A stretch of 36,160 nt of DNA from Eubacteriales bacterium (GCA_029218505.1 JAQXRL010000062.1:1-36160); one strand, 5' to 3'. Counted from the first letter of the stretch, positions 27,374-36,160 are shown. Translations and numbers: made by a program. The notes: generated by a model from the letters alone, not told the origin.

Positions 27374-28987
27374 CTAATGGCCCGCAACGCTTACAAACTC
27401 CATGCCATTGAACGCGTCATACAGGCGATTCCCGGACATGCCGCCCAGTGAATTCGTGGACAGCAGCGTGCCCGTGCGAAAACCGATGCCCAACACGGGC
27501 AAACGTTCCGCCGCCAGCAATTGCAAATCGCTCATCGCTTTGACGAATTCCGTCTCCGACCGGGCAGTATACGTGGCCATCAGGGCATTCTCCATATCCT
27601 CCGTGGAATAGTTGTTCAGGTTCAGCTTTCGCCCAAGATAGAATAAATCCACCAGACTGGGCACCTCGCTAAGGGTTGCCCCGATCAATGCCAGGTCATA
27701 ATCCCGTTCCTCAATTCGAGACAAGACCTTGGATTTTGTCAACACCTCCACTTGGGTTTTCACACCCACGGCGTTCAGATATTTTGCAATCATGTTGGCG
27801 GCCGTTTCCCGCACCGTGTTCCCCGGCTCATTGTAGGTAAGAATCGTCATGGAAAGATCCACCAGCATAATGTCTTCCATGCGGTTCAGCATGCCATCTC
27901 CAGTAAGGTCCTGCCAACCCGCGCCCATCAGCAACCCCAGCGCCCTTTCCGGGCTGTAGTAATACATTGCGCTTTGGCTTTCATATACCCAGGATGTGGA
28001 TTCCACGGGAACCTCTCCGCGCTGGGCCATGCCCAGATAGGCGTTGGACACGATGGCCGCCGTATCCATGGCGTACATTACCGCCCGGCGAATGTTTACA
28101 TCGGACGTCACCTTGTCGGCACGCAGATTGGGCACCAGCATTTCATACGTCGTGGTAGGGTAATCCAGGGATGTATATTGGGAAAGCCGCCGGCTGAGCG
28201 CCGCCGTAGAGGAATGCGTGGACAGCATATTGATCGCGCCCGTCTGCAATGCCTCCAGCGCCGCGCTCGTATCCTCCTGCCGCACAAACAGGATGCTGCG
28301 AACCTTGGGCTGCTGTTTCCACCAAAGGGGATTGGCTTCCAGACGGATGGCGCTGTCCATATCATACTGAATCAGCCAATATGGGCCGGTTCCGCGGGGC
28401 ACTTCGTCGTACACCGTGCTTTCCTCCGCAATGGGAAACGTCATGCCGTACAGGGTAATATATCCCGGATACCGGGCCGTTACCACCACGGTATTGTCAT
28501 CCGTCGCCACAATGCTTTCGATCAAATCATTGATTCTTCCGTAATATGGGTTTGCTTCGCCCGTATTCAGATGGCGCTGATAGCTGGCCACCACGTCATA
28601 CGCCGTGAAGGGCTCTCCGTTGTGAAACTGAATGCCCTGGCGCAGCGTAAACGTCCAGGTTTTTCCGTCGTCGGACTGGCTCCAGTTTTCCGCCAAAAGC
28701 GCTTTGGGCTTCATTTCGTCGTCCAGCTCCACCAGGGATTCGTACACCAGCGCGTTCATGCTGACCAAATCACACTGTGTGCAGGAAAACGGATTGATGG
28801 TGGCGCTGTCCACGGCCAAATACCCCACGATGATGTCCGCAGTGGTCATGGCATCGGAATACACATGATTTCCGCTTTCGTCCACGTATTCCTGAATGCC
28901 CGCCAGCGCGGCGGCCGGAAGCAACGTCAGCGCCAAAATCACCGCCAACAGCCTACATTTCCGCATAAATCGGCATGTACCTTTCAT
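27374..28987 (-). CDS. ABC transporter substrate-binding protein, family 5 (peptide/nickel, OppA/DppA-like)
   Basis: 537 aa (530 if the start is the second ATG at 28966). The signal peptide is MRKCRLLAVILALTLLPAAALAG. SBP_bac_5-type blocks are present: YESLVELDDEMKPKALLAENWSQSDDGKTWTFTLRQGIQFHNGEPFTAYDV. No permease or ATPase genes are adjacent. Confidence 0.9.
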   Translation of the reverse strand: MKGTCRFMRKCRLLAVILALTLLPAAALAGIQEYVDESGNHVYSDAMTTADIIVGYLAVDSATINPFSCTQCDLVSMNALVYESLVELDDEMKPKALLAENWSQSDDGKTWTFTLRQGIQFHNGEPFTAYDVVASYQRHLNTGEANPYYGRINDLIESIVATDDNTVVVTARYPGYITLYGMTFPIAEESTVYDEVPRGTGPYWLIQYDMDSAIRLEANPLWWKQQPKVRSILFVRQEDTSAALEALQTGAINMLSTHSSTAALSRRLSQYTSLDYPTTTYEMLVPNLRADKVTSDVNIRRAVMYAMDTAAIVSNAYLGMAQRGEVPVESTSWVYESQSAMYYYSPERALGLLMGAGWQDLTGDGMLNRMEDIMLVDLSMTILTYNEPGNTVRETAANMIAKYLNAVGVKTQVEVLTKSKVLSRIEERDYDLALIGATLSEVPSLVDLFYLGRKLNLNNYSTEDMENALMATYTARSETEFVKAMSDLQLLAAERLPVLGIGFRTGTLLSTNSLGGMSGNRLYDAFNGMEFVSVAGH

Positions 28988-29585
28988 AGAACTTCAGCAC
29001 CCTGTTCACATACGTATCCGTAGAGGCATATCCAATGACCTCAAGCGTCTCGCCGTCCTGGCTGTACCGCGCGTCCTGCAGCCAGGAATCCACCGTGCCC
29101 TGTCCCGCATGATATGCCGCCGAGGCGCATCGCTTGTCGCCGTCATAACGCTGCATCAGGAAATGCAGATACCAACTTCCGTACCGCACGTTTGTTTCCG
29201 GGTCAAACAGGTTTTCCGTTGCAAATTCTTCGTCCAGTTTTCCCGCAATCCATTCCGCCGTAGAAGGCAGCAGCTGCATCAATCCCCTGGCATCCGCCGA
29301 GGATACCGCTTGCGGATTATACGAAGATTCCGCCATAATGACCGCCGCAAGGTAGGCCGGTTCCAAATCATATTCCCTGGCATATTGGGAAATCAACGAA
29401 ACATATTCCACCACCAGCGGCGTTTCGCTGGGCTTGCGCTGCAATTTTCCCAACACGAGCACGCCCGCCGCAAGGACCAGCACCATGGCCGCCACCGCCG
29501 CCAGCAAGCGAAGCCGTGCCTTCCGGCGCATTGCCGCGGCATGTCCCCGCCGGGTCGCGGCATACGCGCGTCTTTTGTCTCTCAT
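28953..29585 (-). CDS. Membrane-anchored lytic transglycosylase (SLT domain)
   Basis: 210 aa. It has a basic N-terminus plus a TM segment (LLAAVAAMVLVLAAGVLVL). SLT motifs are present: IMAESSYNP (catalytic Glu), GLMQLLPSTA, AAYHAG. GGAGAGG lies upstream of the ATG. Confidence 0.88.
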   Translation of the reverse strand: MRDKRRAYAATRRGHAAAMRRKARLRLLAAVAAMVLVLAAGVLVLGKLQRKPSETPLVVEYVSLISQYAREYDLEPAYLAAVIMAESSYNPQAVSSADARGLMQLLPSTAEWIAGKLDEEFATENLFDPETNVRYGSWYLHFLMQRYDGDKRCASAAYHAGQGTVDSWLQDARYSQDGETLEVIGYASTDTYVNRVLKFYERYMPIYAEM

Positions 29586-29597
29586 ATTGCCTCTCCG

Positions 29598-30212
29598 CTA
29601 CAGTTTTTTCAAAAGCTGTTGATACAATCCCGTAATCTCCGCCTGCATTTTGTCCAAAGGCTTTTCCGAGGAGATTACCCGGCCGGCGCGCTTTTCCCGC
29701 TCTTCCGGGTCCATTTGGGAATCGACCCTCGCCTCCGCCTGTTGCTGGTTCAAACCGTCCCGCGCCATGATGCGCTGGATCTGGATCTCGCGCCGGGCCG
29801 ACATGACCCATACTTCATCGCACAGCGCATCCATTCCCGTTTCAAACAGCAGCGGCACATCCAGCAAGGCTACCTTGGCTTCGCCCTGATCCGCCTCGTC
29901 CAGCATGCGCAGCATATTCCGCTGCACCAACGGATGCAAAATTCCTTCCAGCGCCCGCTTCTGAGCCGGATCGCCAAATACCAGGTCGCCCAACGCTTGA
30001 CGGTTCAGGCTTCCATCCTCCCGGAACACTTCATCTCCAAAAATTTGCCGAATTGCCGGCAGCGCTTCGCCTCCCGGAGCCGTCAATGCCCGGGAAATTG
30101 CGTCCGCATCAATGTGATACGCGCCCAATTGCCTCAAAAGACGCGCCGCTTCGGATTTGCCGCAGCAAATGCCGCCGGTCAACCCCAGCACATAGACGTT
30201 ATTTGCACGCAC
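29598..30212 (-). CDS. coaE: Dephospho-CoA kinase
   Basis: P-loop LGLTGGICCGKS, plus DADAI, LHPLV and LLDVPLLFETG. The start is uncertain. GTG at 30212 has GGAGGGG 8 nt upstream and overlaps the polA end by 14 nt. Alternatives are TTG at 30227 (track) or GTG at 30191. Confidence 0.9.
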   Translation of the reverse strand: MRANNVYVLGLTGGICCGKSEAARLLRQLGAYHIDADAISRALTAPGGEALPAIRQIFGDEVFREDGSLNRQALGDLVFGDPAQKRALEGILHPLVQRNMLRMLDEADQGEAKVALLDVPLLFETGMDALCDEVWVMSARREIQIQRIMARDGLNQQQAEARVDSQMDPEEREKRAGRVISSEKPLDKMQAEITGLYQQLLKKL

Positions 30213-32781
30213 GCCAATCCCCTCCAACCGAAATATCTGTCTTTAACGGCACATCCAGCCGCATTACATTTTCCATGGCGTCCCGAACCAGCGCACAAAC
30301 CGCTTCCGTTTCCTCCGCCGGACATTCCACAATCAGTTCGTCATGCACCTGCAAAATCAATCGCCCCTGCAGTCCCTGCCTGCGCAGCGCCGCGTCCGTG
30401 CGAATCATCGCCAATTTGATGATGTCCGCGGCGGTGCCCTGGATGGGGCTGTTCATGGCGCAGCGCTCTCCAAAGGACCGCACGTTGTAATTGGCGCTGT
30501 GAATTTCCGGCAAATAGCGCCGCCGGTTCATCAGCGTGGAAACATATCCCTGTTCCCTCGCCGTCTCTACCGCCCGATCCATGTAATGCTTCACGCCGGG
30601 ATATCGGGCAAAATACCGTTCGATGAAATCCCGGGCCTCCTGCCGGCTGACGGAAATGTTTTTTGCCAGCGTGAAATCCGAAATTCCGTACACGATGCCG
30701 AAATTTACCGCTTTGGCCGCCGAACGCATTTGAGGCGTCACTGCTTCCATGGGCACGCCCGCCACCTCCGCCGCCGTGCGGGCATGAATATCCTGTCCGC
30801 GGCAGAACGCCTCGATCATGGTGGGGTCCCCGGACATATGCGCCAACACGCGCAATTCAATCTGGGAATAATCCGCGTCCACCAGCATCCACCCTGGCCG
30901 CGCCACAAACGCAGCGCGGATTTCCCGCCCCAATTCCGTGCGCACGGGAATGTTCTGCAAATTCGGCTCCAGGGAACTGAGCCGGCCGGTAGCGGTGGCG
31001 GTTTGGTCAAACCGGGTGTGTACCCGGCCATTTGCGTCCCGCAGGCGCAAAAGCGCCTGAATATACGTGCTGTCCAATTTCTGATATTTTCTGTATTCCA
31101 GAATTTTCGCGCAAACAGGATGCTCTTCCGCCAAACTTTCCAGCACTGCCGCATCCGTGGAATACCCGTTCTTGGTCTTCTTGGGCGCGGGAAATCCCAT
31201 CCTGTCAAACAAAAATTCCGACAACTGTTTCGGGGAATTCAGGTTGAATTTTTCCCCCGCCAGGCCGTAAATTTCCTGAACCAGCGCGTCGATTCGCAGT
31301 CGATACTGGTTTCCCAAGGCGCGCAGCACGCCTTCATCCACCAGCACGCCTTCCTCTTCCATGCGCCGAAGCACGTAGGCCAGCGGCAGTTCCATTTCCT
31401 CATAGACGCCGTCGCAATCGTCCCGGACGAGCCTCTGCCGGTATTCATCGGACAGCATATGCAGCGCCCAGGCAGGGTGTTCCGCCCAATCCAACATTCC
31501 TTCCGCTTCGCACAATTGCCCCAACGCAAAAGACGGCCGCTGCGGATTCAAGGCGTATGCCGCCAACTTGGCGTCAAAAATTTTCCCATGAATCTGCTCC
31601 AGCGGAAATGGCAGCGACTTCACGTCAAACAAAAACTTATCGCATTCGGCTTCCAGAAGCGCCCGGCAGGCCTGCATGGCCTCCTCCGGCTCCACCCCGG
31701 GATTCAGCAAATCGCCTCCAAAGGGCAGCGCCAGCTGCGCCTGATCCGTGGCCAACGCAAATTCACCCTCCAGCGCCACGCTGACCCACTTGGCCGTGGT
31801 TGCCAGCGACCGACAGCGCGCTTCCAATTCCGAGGCGTTCTGCATTCGCTCCATCGCTGGCATATCCGGCGCTTCCGGCTTGGAAACGGCCATCGCCGGC
31901 GCAAATGCGGCGGTTCCGGCCAATTCCGCCAGCTTCTTCGCCGCAGAAACCATGCCCAATTCCCGCAATCTGGGCATCGCGCCGGCAAGTCCGTCCACCT
32001 TCCACCCGGAAAAATCAACATCCATGGGAATGTTGCGGTCTATGGTTGCCAGACGCTTGCTCAATTCCGCCAGCGCGCGATGTTCCAACAGGCGTTCCCG
32101 CAGCTTGCCCTTCTGTCGTTCCGCAGCAGTATCCAACACCGCCTCCAAGCTGCCGCATTCCTGCACCAGCTTGAGCGCGGTCTTTTCCCCAATGCCCGGC
32201 ACGCCGGGAATGTTGTCTGAAGCATCTCCCATCAGCCCCTTTACGTCAATCAGCTGCCGGGGAGAAAGCCCGTAATTTTCTTGAATATATTCCGGAGATA
32301 CGCGGCTGGTTTCCGCGATGCCCCGTTTGGTATAGAGAATCGTCGTGTTTTTGCCCGCCAATTGGAAGGAATCCCGGTCGCCGGTAACCAGCACCGCCAA
32401 CCTGTCCGTTTCTTCACAAATGCGGGACACCGTGCCCAGAATGTCGTCCGCCTCATACCCGGGCAATTCCAGGATCGGAATGCCCATGAGGCACACCAAT
32501 TCCCGAATCACCGGATCCTGGGCGCGCAAATCATCGGGCATGGGCTTGCGCGTCGCCTTGTATTCGGGATACATGTCCGCGCGGAAGGTCTTTGCATGCG
32601 CGTCAAATGCCACGCCCAGAAGGTCGGGCGATTCTTCCTGAAATACCTTCATCAACATCATGAGAAAACCATGCACCGCGTTGGTGGGCGTACCATCCGG
32701 CGCGGTCATCGGCGTTGACAGGGCATGATACGCGCGGTACATCAGGCTGTAGCCATCCAGCAAAACCAGCTTTTCCGCCAT
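30199..32781 (-). CDS. polA: DNA polymerase I
   Basis: 860 aa counted from the ATG at 32781 (MAEKLVLLDGYSLMYRAYHAL), with GGAGG 7 nt upstream. It has a 5' nuclease domain and polymerase motifs DYSQIELRVLAH, RSAAKAVNFGIVYG and QVHDELIVE. The track ORF start at 32925 is an unsupported extension. Confidence 0.97.
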   Translation of the reverse strand: MAEKLVLLDGYSLMYRAYHALSTPMTAPDGTPTNAVHGFLMMLMKVFQEESPDLLGVAFDAHAKTFRADMYPEYKATRKPMPDDLRAQDPVIRELVCLMGIPILELPGYEADDILGTVSRICEETDRLAVLVTGDRDSFQLAGKNTTILYTKRGIAETSRVSPEYIQENYGLSPRQLIDVKGLMGDASDNIPGVPGIGEKTALKLVQECGSLEAVLDTAAERQKGKLRERLLEHRALAELSKRLATIDRNIPMDVDFSGWKVDGLAGAMPRLRELGMVSAAKKLAELAGTAAFAPAMAVSKPEAPDMPAMERMQNASELEARCRSLATTAKWVSVALEGEFALATDQAQLALPFGGDLLNPGVEPEEAMQACRALLEAECDKFLFDVKSLPFPLEQIHGKIFDAKLAAYALNPQRPSFALGQLCEAEGMLDWAEHPAWALHMLSDEYRQRLVRDDCDGVYEEMELPLAYVLRRMEEEGVLVDEGVLRALGNQYRLRIDALVQEIYGLAGEKFNLNSPKQLSEFLFDRMGFPAPKKTKNGYSTDAAVLESLAEEHPVCAKILEYRKYQKLDSTYIQALLRLRDANGRVHTRFDQTATATGRLSSLEPNLQNIPVRTELGREIRAAFVARPGWMLVDADYSQIELRVLAHMSGDPTMIEAFCRGQDIHARTAAEVAGVPMEAVTPQMRSAAKAVNFGIVYGISDFTLAKNISVSRQEARDFIERYFARYPGVKHYMDRAVETAREQGYVSTLMNRRRYLPEIHSANYNVRSFGERCAMNSPIQGTAADIIKLAMIRTDAALRRQGLQGRLILQVHDELIVECPAEETEAVCALVRDAMENVMRLDVPLKTDISVGGDWRACK

Positions 32782-32812
32782 GGTTGAACCTCCAATAACA
32801 TGTTCCCAGTGT

Positions 32813-32841
32813 ATTATATCCCATTTCCCCCAAAAACGCAA
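32813..32841 (-). promoter_or_regulatory. Putative polA promoter
   Basis: Minus strand: TTGCGT (32841-32836), 17-nt spacer, TATAAT (32818-32813). Confidence 0.45.
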
Positions 32842-32911
32842 ATGCAGCCGTTGGGCGGGAATGTGAAAATACGGTATCCAGCCGTCTTTCCGGCAAAATT
32901 CTTCCCGCATA

Positions 32912-32940
32912 TGGACAGAACGCATCGGACGTGGTATGAT
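32912..32940 (+). promoter_or_regulatory. Putative promoter of the divergent small membrane-protein gene
   Basis: TGGACA (32912-32917), 17-nt spacer, TATGAT (32935-32940), with TG at -15/-14. Confidence 0.45.
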
Positions 32941-32972
32941 AAAAGGCAGCGAAAGCGAGGTGTTCGTTGCAA

Positions 32973-33458
32973 ATGCGTGGGTTTCAAGCTTTTTTGACGG
33001 TGGTATTGGTGTTGGCGTTGGCGATGGTCGCGTATTTTTTCGTGGGCGGCACGCTGTCCGCGGACTGTTCCGTTGCGTCCGCTCCCGCCGCGGATTATGC
33101 CGATGCCTTTGTTTCCATTCGTTCCCTGATCGCCTCCGGCGCCGCGCCCCAGATGTTTTCCAACGATGAAATCACTTCCGCTCAGGATTATCTTCTGATC
33201 GACGTGAACATCTCCCTGAAGAACATCGGCCTGTTCGACGCCGAATGGCTGGACATTGAAGTCACGCCCGCGCCCGGCGACGTGGCGGTATATTCCTTGG
33301 ATGGACATGGCAGCGATATCTCCGCCATGTCCCGCGGCAAGACAAACCTGAAGCTGCTCACCACCGCCTCGGCGGATGCGCCTCGCAGCGTCACCATTCA
33401 GTATTACGTGCTGGGCATGCCCCGCAGCATTCAGGTTGCCATCACCGGCGCAAAATAG
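32973..33458 (+). CDS. Hypothetical membrane-anchored protein: N-terminal TM helix plus a ~125-aa extracytoplasmic, probably beta-rich, domain
   Basis: 161 aa counted from the ATG at 32973 (MRGFQAFLTVVLVLALAMVAYFFVGG...). The antisense 263-aa ORF is Arg/Gly-rich junk, so the plus strand is preferred. No family was recognised. Confidence 0.6.
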   Translation: MRGFQAFLTVVLVLALAMVAYFFVGGTLSADCSVASAPAADYADAFVSIRSLIASGAAPQMFSNDEITSAQDYLLIDVNISLKNIGLFDAEWLDIEVTPAPGDVAVYSLDGHGSDISAMSRGKTNLKLLTTASADAPRSVTIQYYVLGMPRSIQVAITGAK

Positions 33459-33494
33459 CGCAAAATCCTTCATGGAAGGCGCACAACGGCTTTG

Positions 33495-33525
33495 CGGCAG
33501 AGAAAATTCCTGCCGCGAATTTTTT
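33495..33525 (+). terminator. Intrinsic terminator after the membrane-protein gene
   Basis: CGGCAG (33495-33500) pairs with CTGCCG (33510-33515), followed by CGAATTTTTT. Confidence 0.5.
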
Positions 33526-33608
33526 CGCATCGTGCGCTTCATTCTTGTATGGAAGGAAAACGGGCGAATTTGACAACCATCCTTGGTGGACGTCTTGCCT
33601 GTCAAATC

Positions 33609-33620
33609 TTATCATGATAA
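33609..33620. promoter_or_regulatory. Perfect 12-bp palindrome TTATCATGATAA over the putative -10 of the XRE gene (candidate operator)
   Basis: TTATCATGATAA is its own reverse complement. It overlaps a possible promoter: TGGACG (33587-33592), 17-nt spacer, TATCAT (33610-33615). It lies 26 nt upstream of the XRE ATG. Confidence 0.4.
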
Positions 33621-33645
33621 CAACCGCAAGCAAGGAGGAACGCCT

Positions 33646-34110
33646 ATGCGTTTGGGAAACAATTTGTTCCACGCGAGGAAAAAGAGCGGCCTTTCACAAG
33701 AGGATGTGGCGGAAAAGCTTGGCGTAAGCCGGCAAACGGTTTCAAAATGGGAAACAGACGAAACCCTTCCCAACCTTCTTCAAGCGAAAAAGATGGCTTT
33801 GCTGTACAAAATTCCGTTGGATGAACTGATTCATTTCGACGCGGACATGCAGGAAATTCAAGGAATCATCGACCGAACAAGCGAAGAATCGGAAGAAAAA
33901 ATCGATTGGACAGCAGCATGGGGAAAAAAGTATCCCATTCTGGTTCAATACCAGCGCGAAGTAAACGTTTCGCACTATGCCCGGAAGCTGGACGAAATGC
34001 TGGACGCGCTCCGGTCGGAACATCAATATCGGGAATTGGATGCGATGCTGGTGCTAAAAGATATTTTGTATCATGTTTGGAAAAACCGCAAGAGCAGATC
34101 CACGCGCTGA
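33646..34110 (+). CDS. XRE-family helix-turn-helix transcriptional regulator with an uncharacterised ~85-aa C-terminal domain
   Basis: 154 aa counted from the ATG at 33646, with AGGAGG (33633-33638) 7 nt upstream. The HTH_3 signature is LFHARKKSGLSQEDVAEKLGVSRQTVSKWETDETLPNLLQAKKMALLYKIPLDELI. Confidence 0.85.
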   Translation: MRLGNNLFHARKKSGLSQEDVAEKLGVSRQTVSKWETDETLPNLLQAKKMALLYKIPLDELIHFDADMQEIQGIIDRTSEESEEKIDWTAAWGKKYPILVQYQREVNVSHYARKLDEMLDALRSEHQYRELDAMLVLKDILYHVWKNRKSRSTR

Positions 34111-34134
34111 TGCGCGCACATGGCAGAATCCATG

Positions 34135-34830
34135 TCACAGGCCGCGAATCCAGCGAAAAACCGCCTCAGGCGTGGCTTCCTCCAATTCCAGAAAAAAGTC
34201 CCGCTCGGAAATGTTTCCGAGATCATGGGCGTCCGAGGAATGCAGCAGCCGCCTGCCGGACAGATTTGCCGCGCAAGGCATGCCTCGGGTCGTTTCCAGG
34301 GCATCCACAGGCAAATCTGGCGGCAAAAACCCCAGCGCATTCAAAAGCCCATTGCTGCCACGGTTGATGTGCGCCGGCACTGCCGCGCCACCTCGGGCGT
34401 GAATGCGATTCACCAATTCGTCTATGGTCAAATTCAGCGCCGAAATCAACAGCCGCGGCTCGGAAGCGATCTCCTCGTCCTGGTCGTTCATCACCTGCTG
34501 CGGCCCAAACAGCGCCGGCCGGTTGTCCACGGCGGGCAAAAAGGGATAGATTTCTTGAGAAAACGCGCAGGCGCTGTCCACATCCGGAAAATACGCCAGC
34601 AGATGAACTTCCTCCGCGGTCGTCAATTCCATGGCGGGCAGCAACCCCACGCCCACCACCCGACAAGCCTCCGCCACCGCCGGCAGATTTCTCGCGGAAT
34701 TGTGATCCGCCACGGCGATGACGTCCAACTGCTTTAACATGCTCATTCCCGCAATATTGTTGGGCGTCATCAACTCGTCTCCGCAAGGCGACAGGCAGGA
34801 ATGCAGGTGCAGATCCACATATACGCGCAT
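34135..34830 (-). CDS. PHP-domain metal-dependent phosphoesterase
   Basis: 231 aa. The PHP His/Asp motifs are VDLHLHSCLSPCGD, IAVADHNS, VPAHINRG and LHSSDAHDL. The ATG lies 3 nt after the cotH stop. Confidence 0.85.
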   Translation of the reverse strand: MRVYVDLHLHSCLSPCGDELMTPNNIAGMSMLKQLDVIAVADHNSARNLPAVAEACRVVGVGLLPAMELTTAEEVHLLAYFPDVDSACAFSQEIYPFLPAVDNRPALFGPQQVMNDQDEEIASEPRLLISALNLTIDELVNRIHARGGAAVPAHINRGSNGLLNALGFLPPDLPVDALETTRGMPCAANLSGRRLLHSSDAHDLGNISERDFFLELEEATPEAVFRWIRGL

Positions 34831-34833
34831 GTT

Positions 34834-36160
34834 TCACCCTTGCCCTTCCTGTTGATAGCGTTGGATTTCCGCCAGCGCGGCCCCGAAATACCGCTGTGTA
34901 TCCTCATCCGACAGGTTGAGTTCCGCCCGGGTATAGCCGATGAGCTTCTCCGGCCGCGTGCGGGCATATTCCAGCAGATCCTCCAGGCATCGGAGATAAT
35001 CCGCTTCCGTCTGGCCCCATCGCGCTCCCTGCGCGGGCAATTCCGGCAGCAACGCCTGGTAACGCGCGTTGATCTTCTGCACCACAGCGGCGCTGGACCA
35101 ATCCGACGCCATCTTTTCGCCCAACAGGGTGAGAAATTCTTCCCGGAACCCGGCATTTTCCATGCAACCCTTGAACAACGCCGCGTCCACGATGTTGCTT
35201 ACCTCGTCCTCGCCCTTTTCCAGCCAGCGCCGTATGGAATCCGTGTCCGTGTAAAACGCCCAATCCAGGTCGTATAGCGCCCATCGCCACAATCCGTCTG
35301 TGTTCCTGTTGCGATATCGTTTTACGTTCAGGGTATCCGTGTTTCCCGTAAAGATCTCCAAGGCGATGTATTCCTGAAAATTGCGTATGTCCATCTGGGC
35401 GGCAAGCGTCTCGTATGCGCTGTCATTCGACAAATCCGCTTCCTTTACCCATTGAACCAACTGTTGGAAATCCTGGCCTTCGCCCCGAAGCACATCATAC
35501 TTGCGTTTGATGACGTCAATTTCGTCCTCCTGGCCTTGCCAGCCCTCAAACTGGCAAATGCCATAGGCGTCCGTGCGTTCCCGAATATTGTAATGGCCCC
35601 AATATGCTCCGTTGATGTACACCACGCACAGTTCCGTTTCCTGATACAGCACAGAAGTATTTTCCGCCAGCGTGGCCAGCACCGAATCCCGCATGCGCGT
35701 CTTTTCTCCATCCTCCGAAGAAGAGCGCAGCACGAAAGAATGATATGCTTCCGCATCCCGTTTCGTGAAAATCCTGCCGGAAAACTCATCCAGCCCGCCA
35801 TAATCCCGGCTGGCAATCACGTTGAAATTTTTCTGAGGCAGTTTCCGGCTGTCCTGCCCATGAAGCATCAGCTGGCAACCCTGGCTGATCAAGGTTTCGC
35901 CGTCCTCCAGAAACATTTCCACGTGACCTTCCACCCGGTAATCCGTCTTTTCATACAGCGTATAAATGCCTGCGTCCCCGAAAATATCCTGCGGATCGCC
36001 TACCAGCGAAACCACGCGCATGGCATGTTCCACCCCGAAGAAATATGTCTGCGTCTCAATCCAGGACGGCAGCAATCCGTCCCCGTAACATCTGGCGCGC
36101 AACACGGTGTTTTCCCCGATGGAAATCGGTCCGGCATACGGCGTGGATGTTTCGTCCGGG
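34834..36160 (-). CDS. cotH: CotH kinase family protein, 5'-partial (continues past the window end)
   Basis: The frame stays open from the TGA at 34834-34836 up to nt 36159 at the window edge; the track's GTG at 36105 is internal. CotH-like blocks are present: KNFNVIASRDYGG, FVLRSSSEDGEKTRMRDSV, VVYINGAYWGHYNIRER, ALEIFTGNTDTLNVKRYR, WRWALYDLDWAF. Confidence 0.85.
   Translation of the reverse strand, partial: PDETSTPYAGPISIGENTVLRARCYGDGLLPSWIETQTYFFGVEHAMRVVSLVGDPQDIFGDAGIYTLYEKTDYRVEGHVEMFLEDGETLISQGCQLMLHGQDSRKLPQKNFNVIASRDYGGLDEFSGRIFTKRDAEAYHSFVLRSSSEDGEKTRMRDSVLATLAENTSVLYQETELCVVYINGAYWGHYNIRERTDAYGICQFEGWQGQEDEIDVIKRKYDVLRGEGQDFQQLVQWVKEADLSNDSAYETLAAQMDIRNFQEYIALEIFTGNTDTLNVKRYRNRNTDGLWRWALYDLDWAFYTDTDSIRRWLEKGEDEVSNIVDAALFKGCMENAGFREEFLTLLGEKMASDWSSAAVVQKINARYQALLPELPAQGARWGQTEADYLRCLEDLLEYARTRPEKLIGYTRAELNLSDEDTQRYFGAALAEIQRYQQEGQG

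Overview
This is a GC-rich (judged by eye, not computed) chromosomal window. Gene order and GGAGG-type ribosome-binding sites look Firmicutes/Clostridia-like. Almost all of it is core housekeeping. The minus strand from 7.4 to 21.3 kb carries the classic block rimP-nusA-ylxR-ylxQ-infB-rbfA-nrnA-truB-ribF-rpsO-pnp, followed by an exported hypothetical protein and an M16 peptidase. Next on the minus strand come a zinc-ribbon gene plus murA (21.5-23.0 kb) and a polA-coaE-lytic transglycosylase-solute-binding protein block (27.4-32.8 kb). The plus strand carries the 3' part of a very large Big_2-repeat protein ending in a caspase-like domain (1-3915), gdhA, and a stand-alone Na+-translocating decarboxylase beta subunit with a 41-codon membrane ORF. 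It also carries an alpha/beta hydrolase-SpoU methyltransferase-UPF0340-large hypothetical cluster (23.4-27.2 kb), a small membrane-anchored hypothetical and an XRE regulator. The right edge holds a CotH kinase-PHP phosphoesterase pair on the minus strand; cotH runs off the window. I found no rRNA, tRNA, CRISPR array, transposase, integrase, phage gene or recognisable defence system, and no convincing novel multi-gene system. The most interesting items are: (1) the Ig-repeat/caspase-like fusion protein; (2) a promoter-leader-terminator unit in front of the Na+-pump subunit that looks like a riboswitch or attenuator; (3) a near-perfect 60-bp in-frame tandem repeat in infB; (4) a RibF with no riboflavin-kinase half; (5) a terminator-like hairpin in the rimP-nusA leader; (6) the tightly coupled CotH-PHP pair. 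The many long ORFs antisense to real genes are treated as GC-bias artefacts. All function calls come from reading the translations and recalling family motifs. No database search was run.
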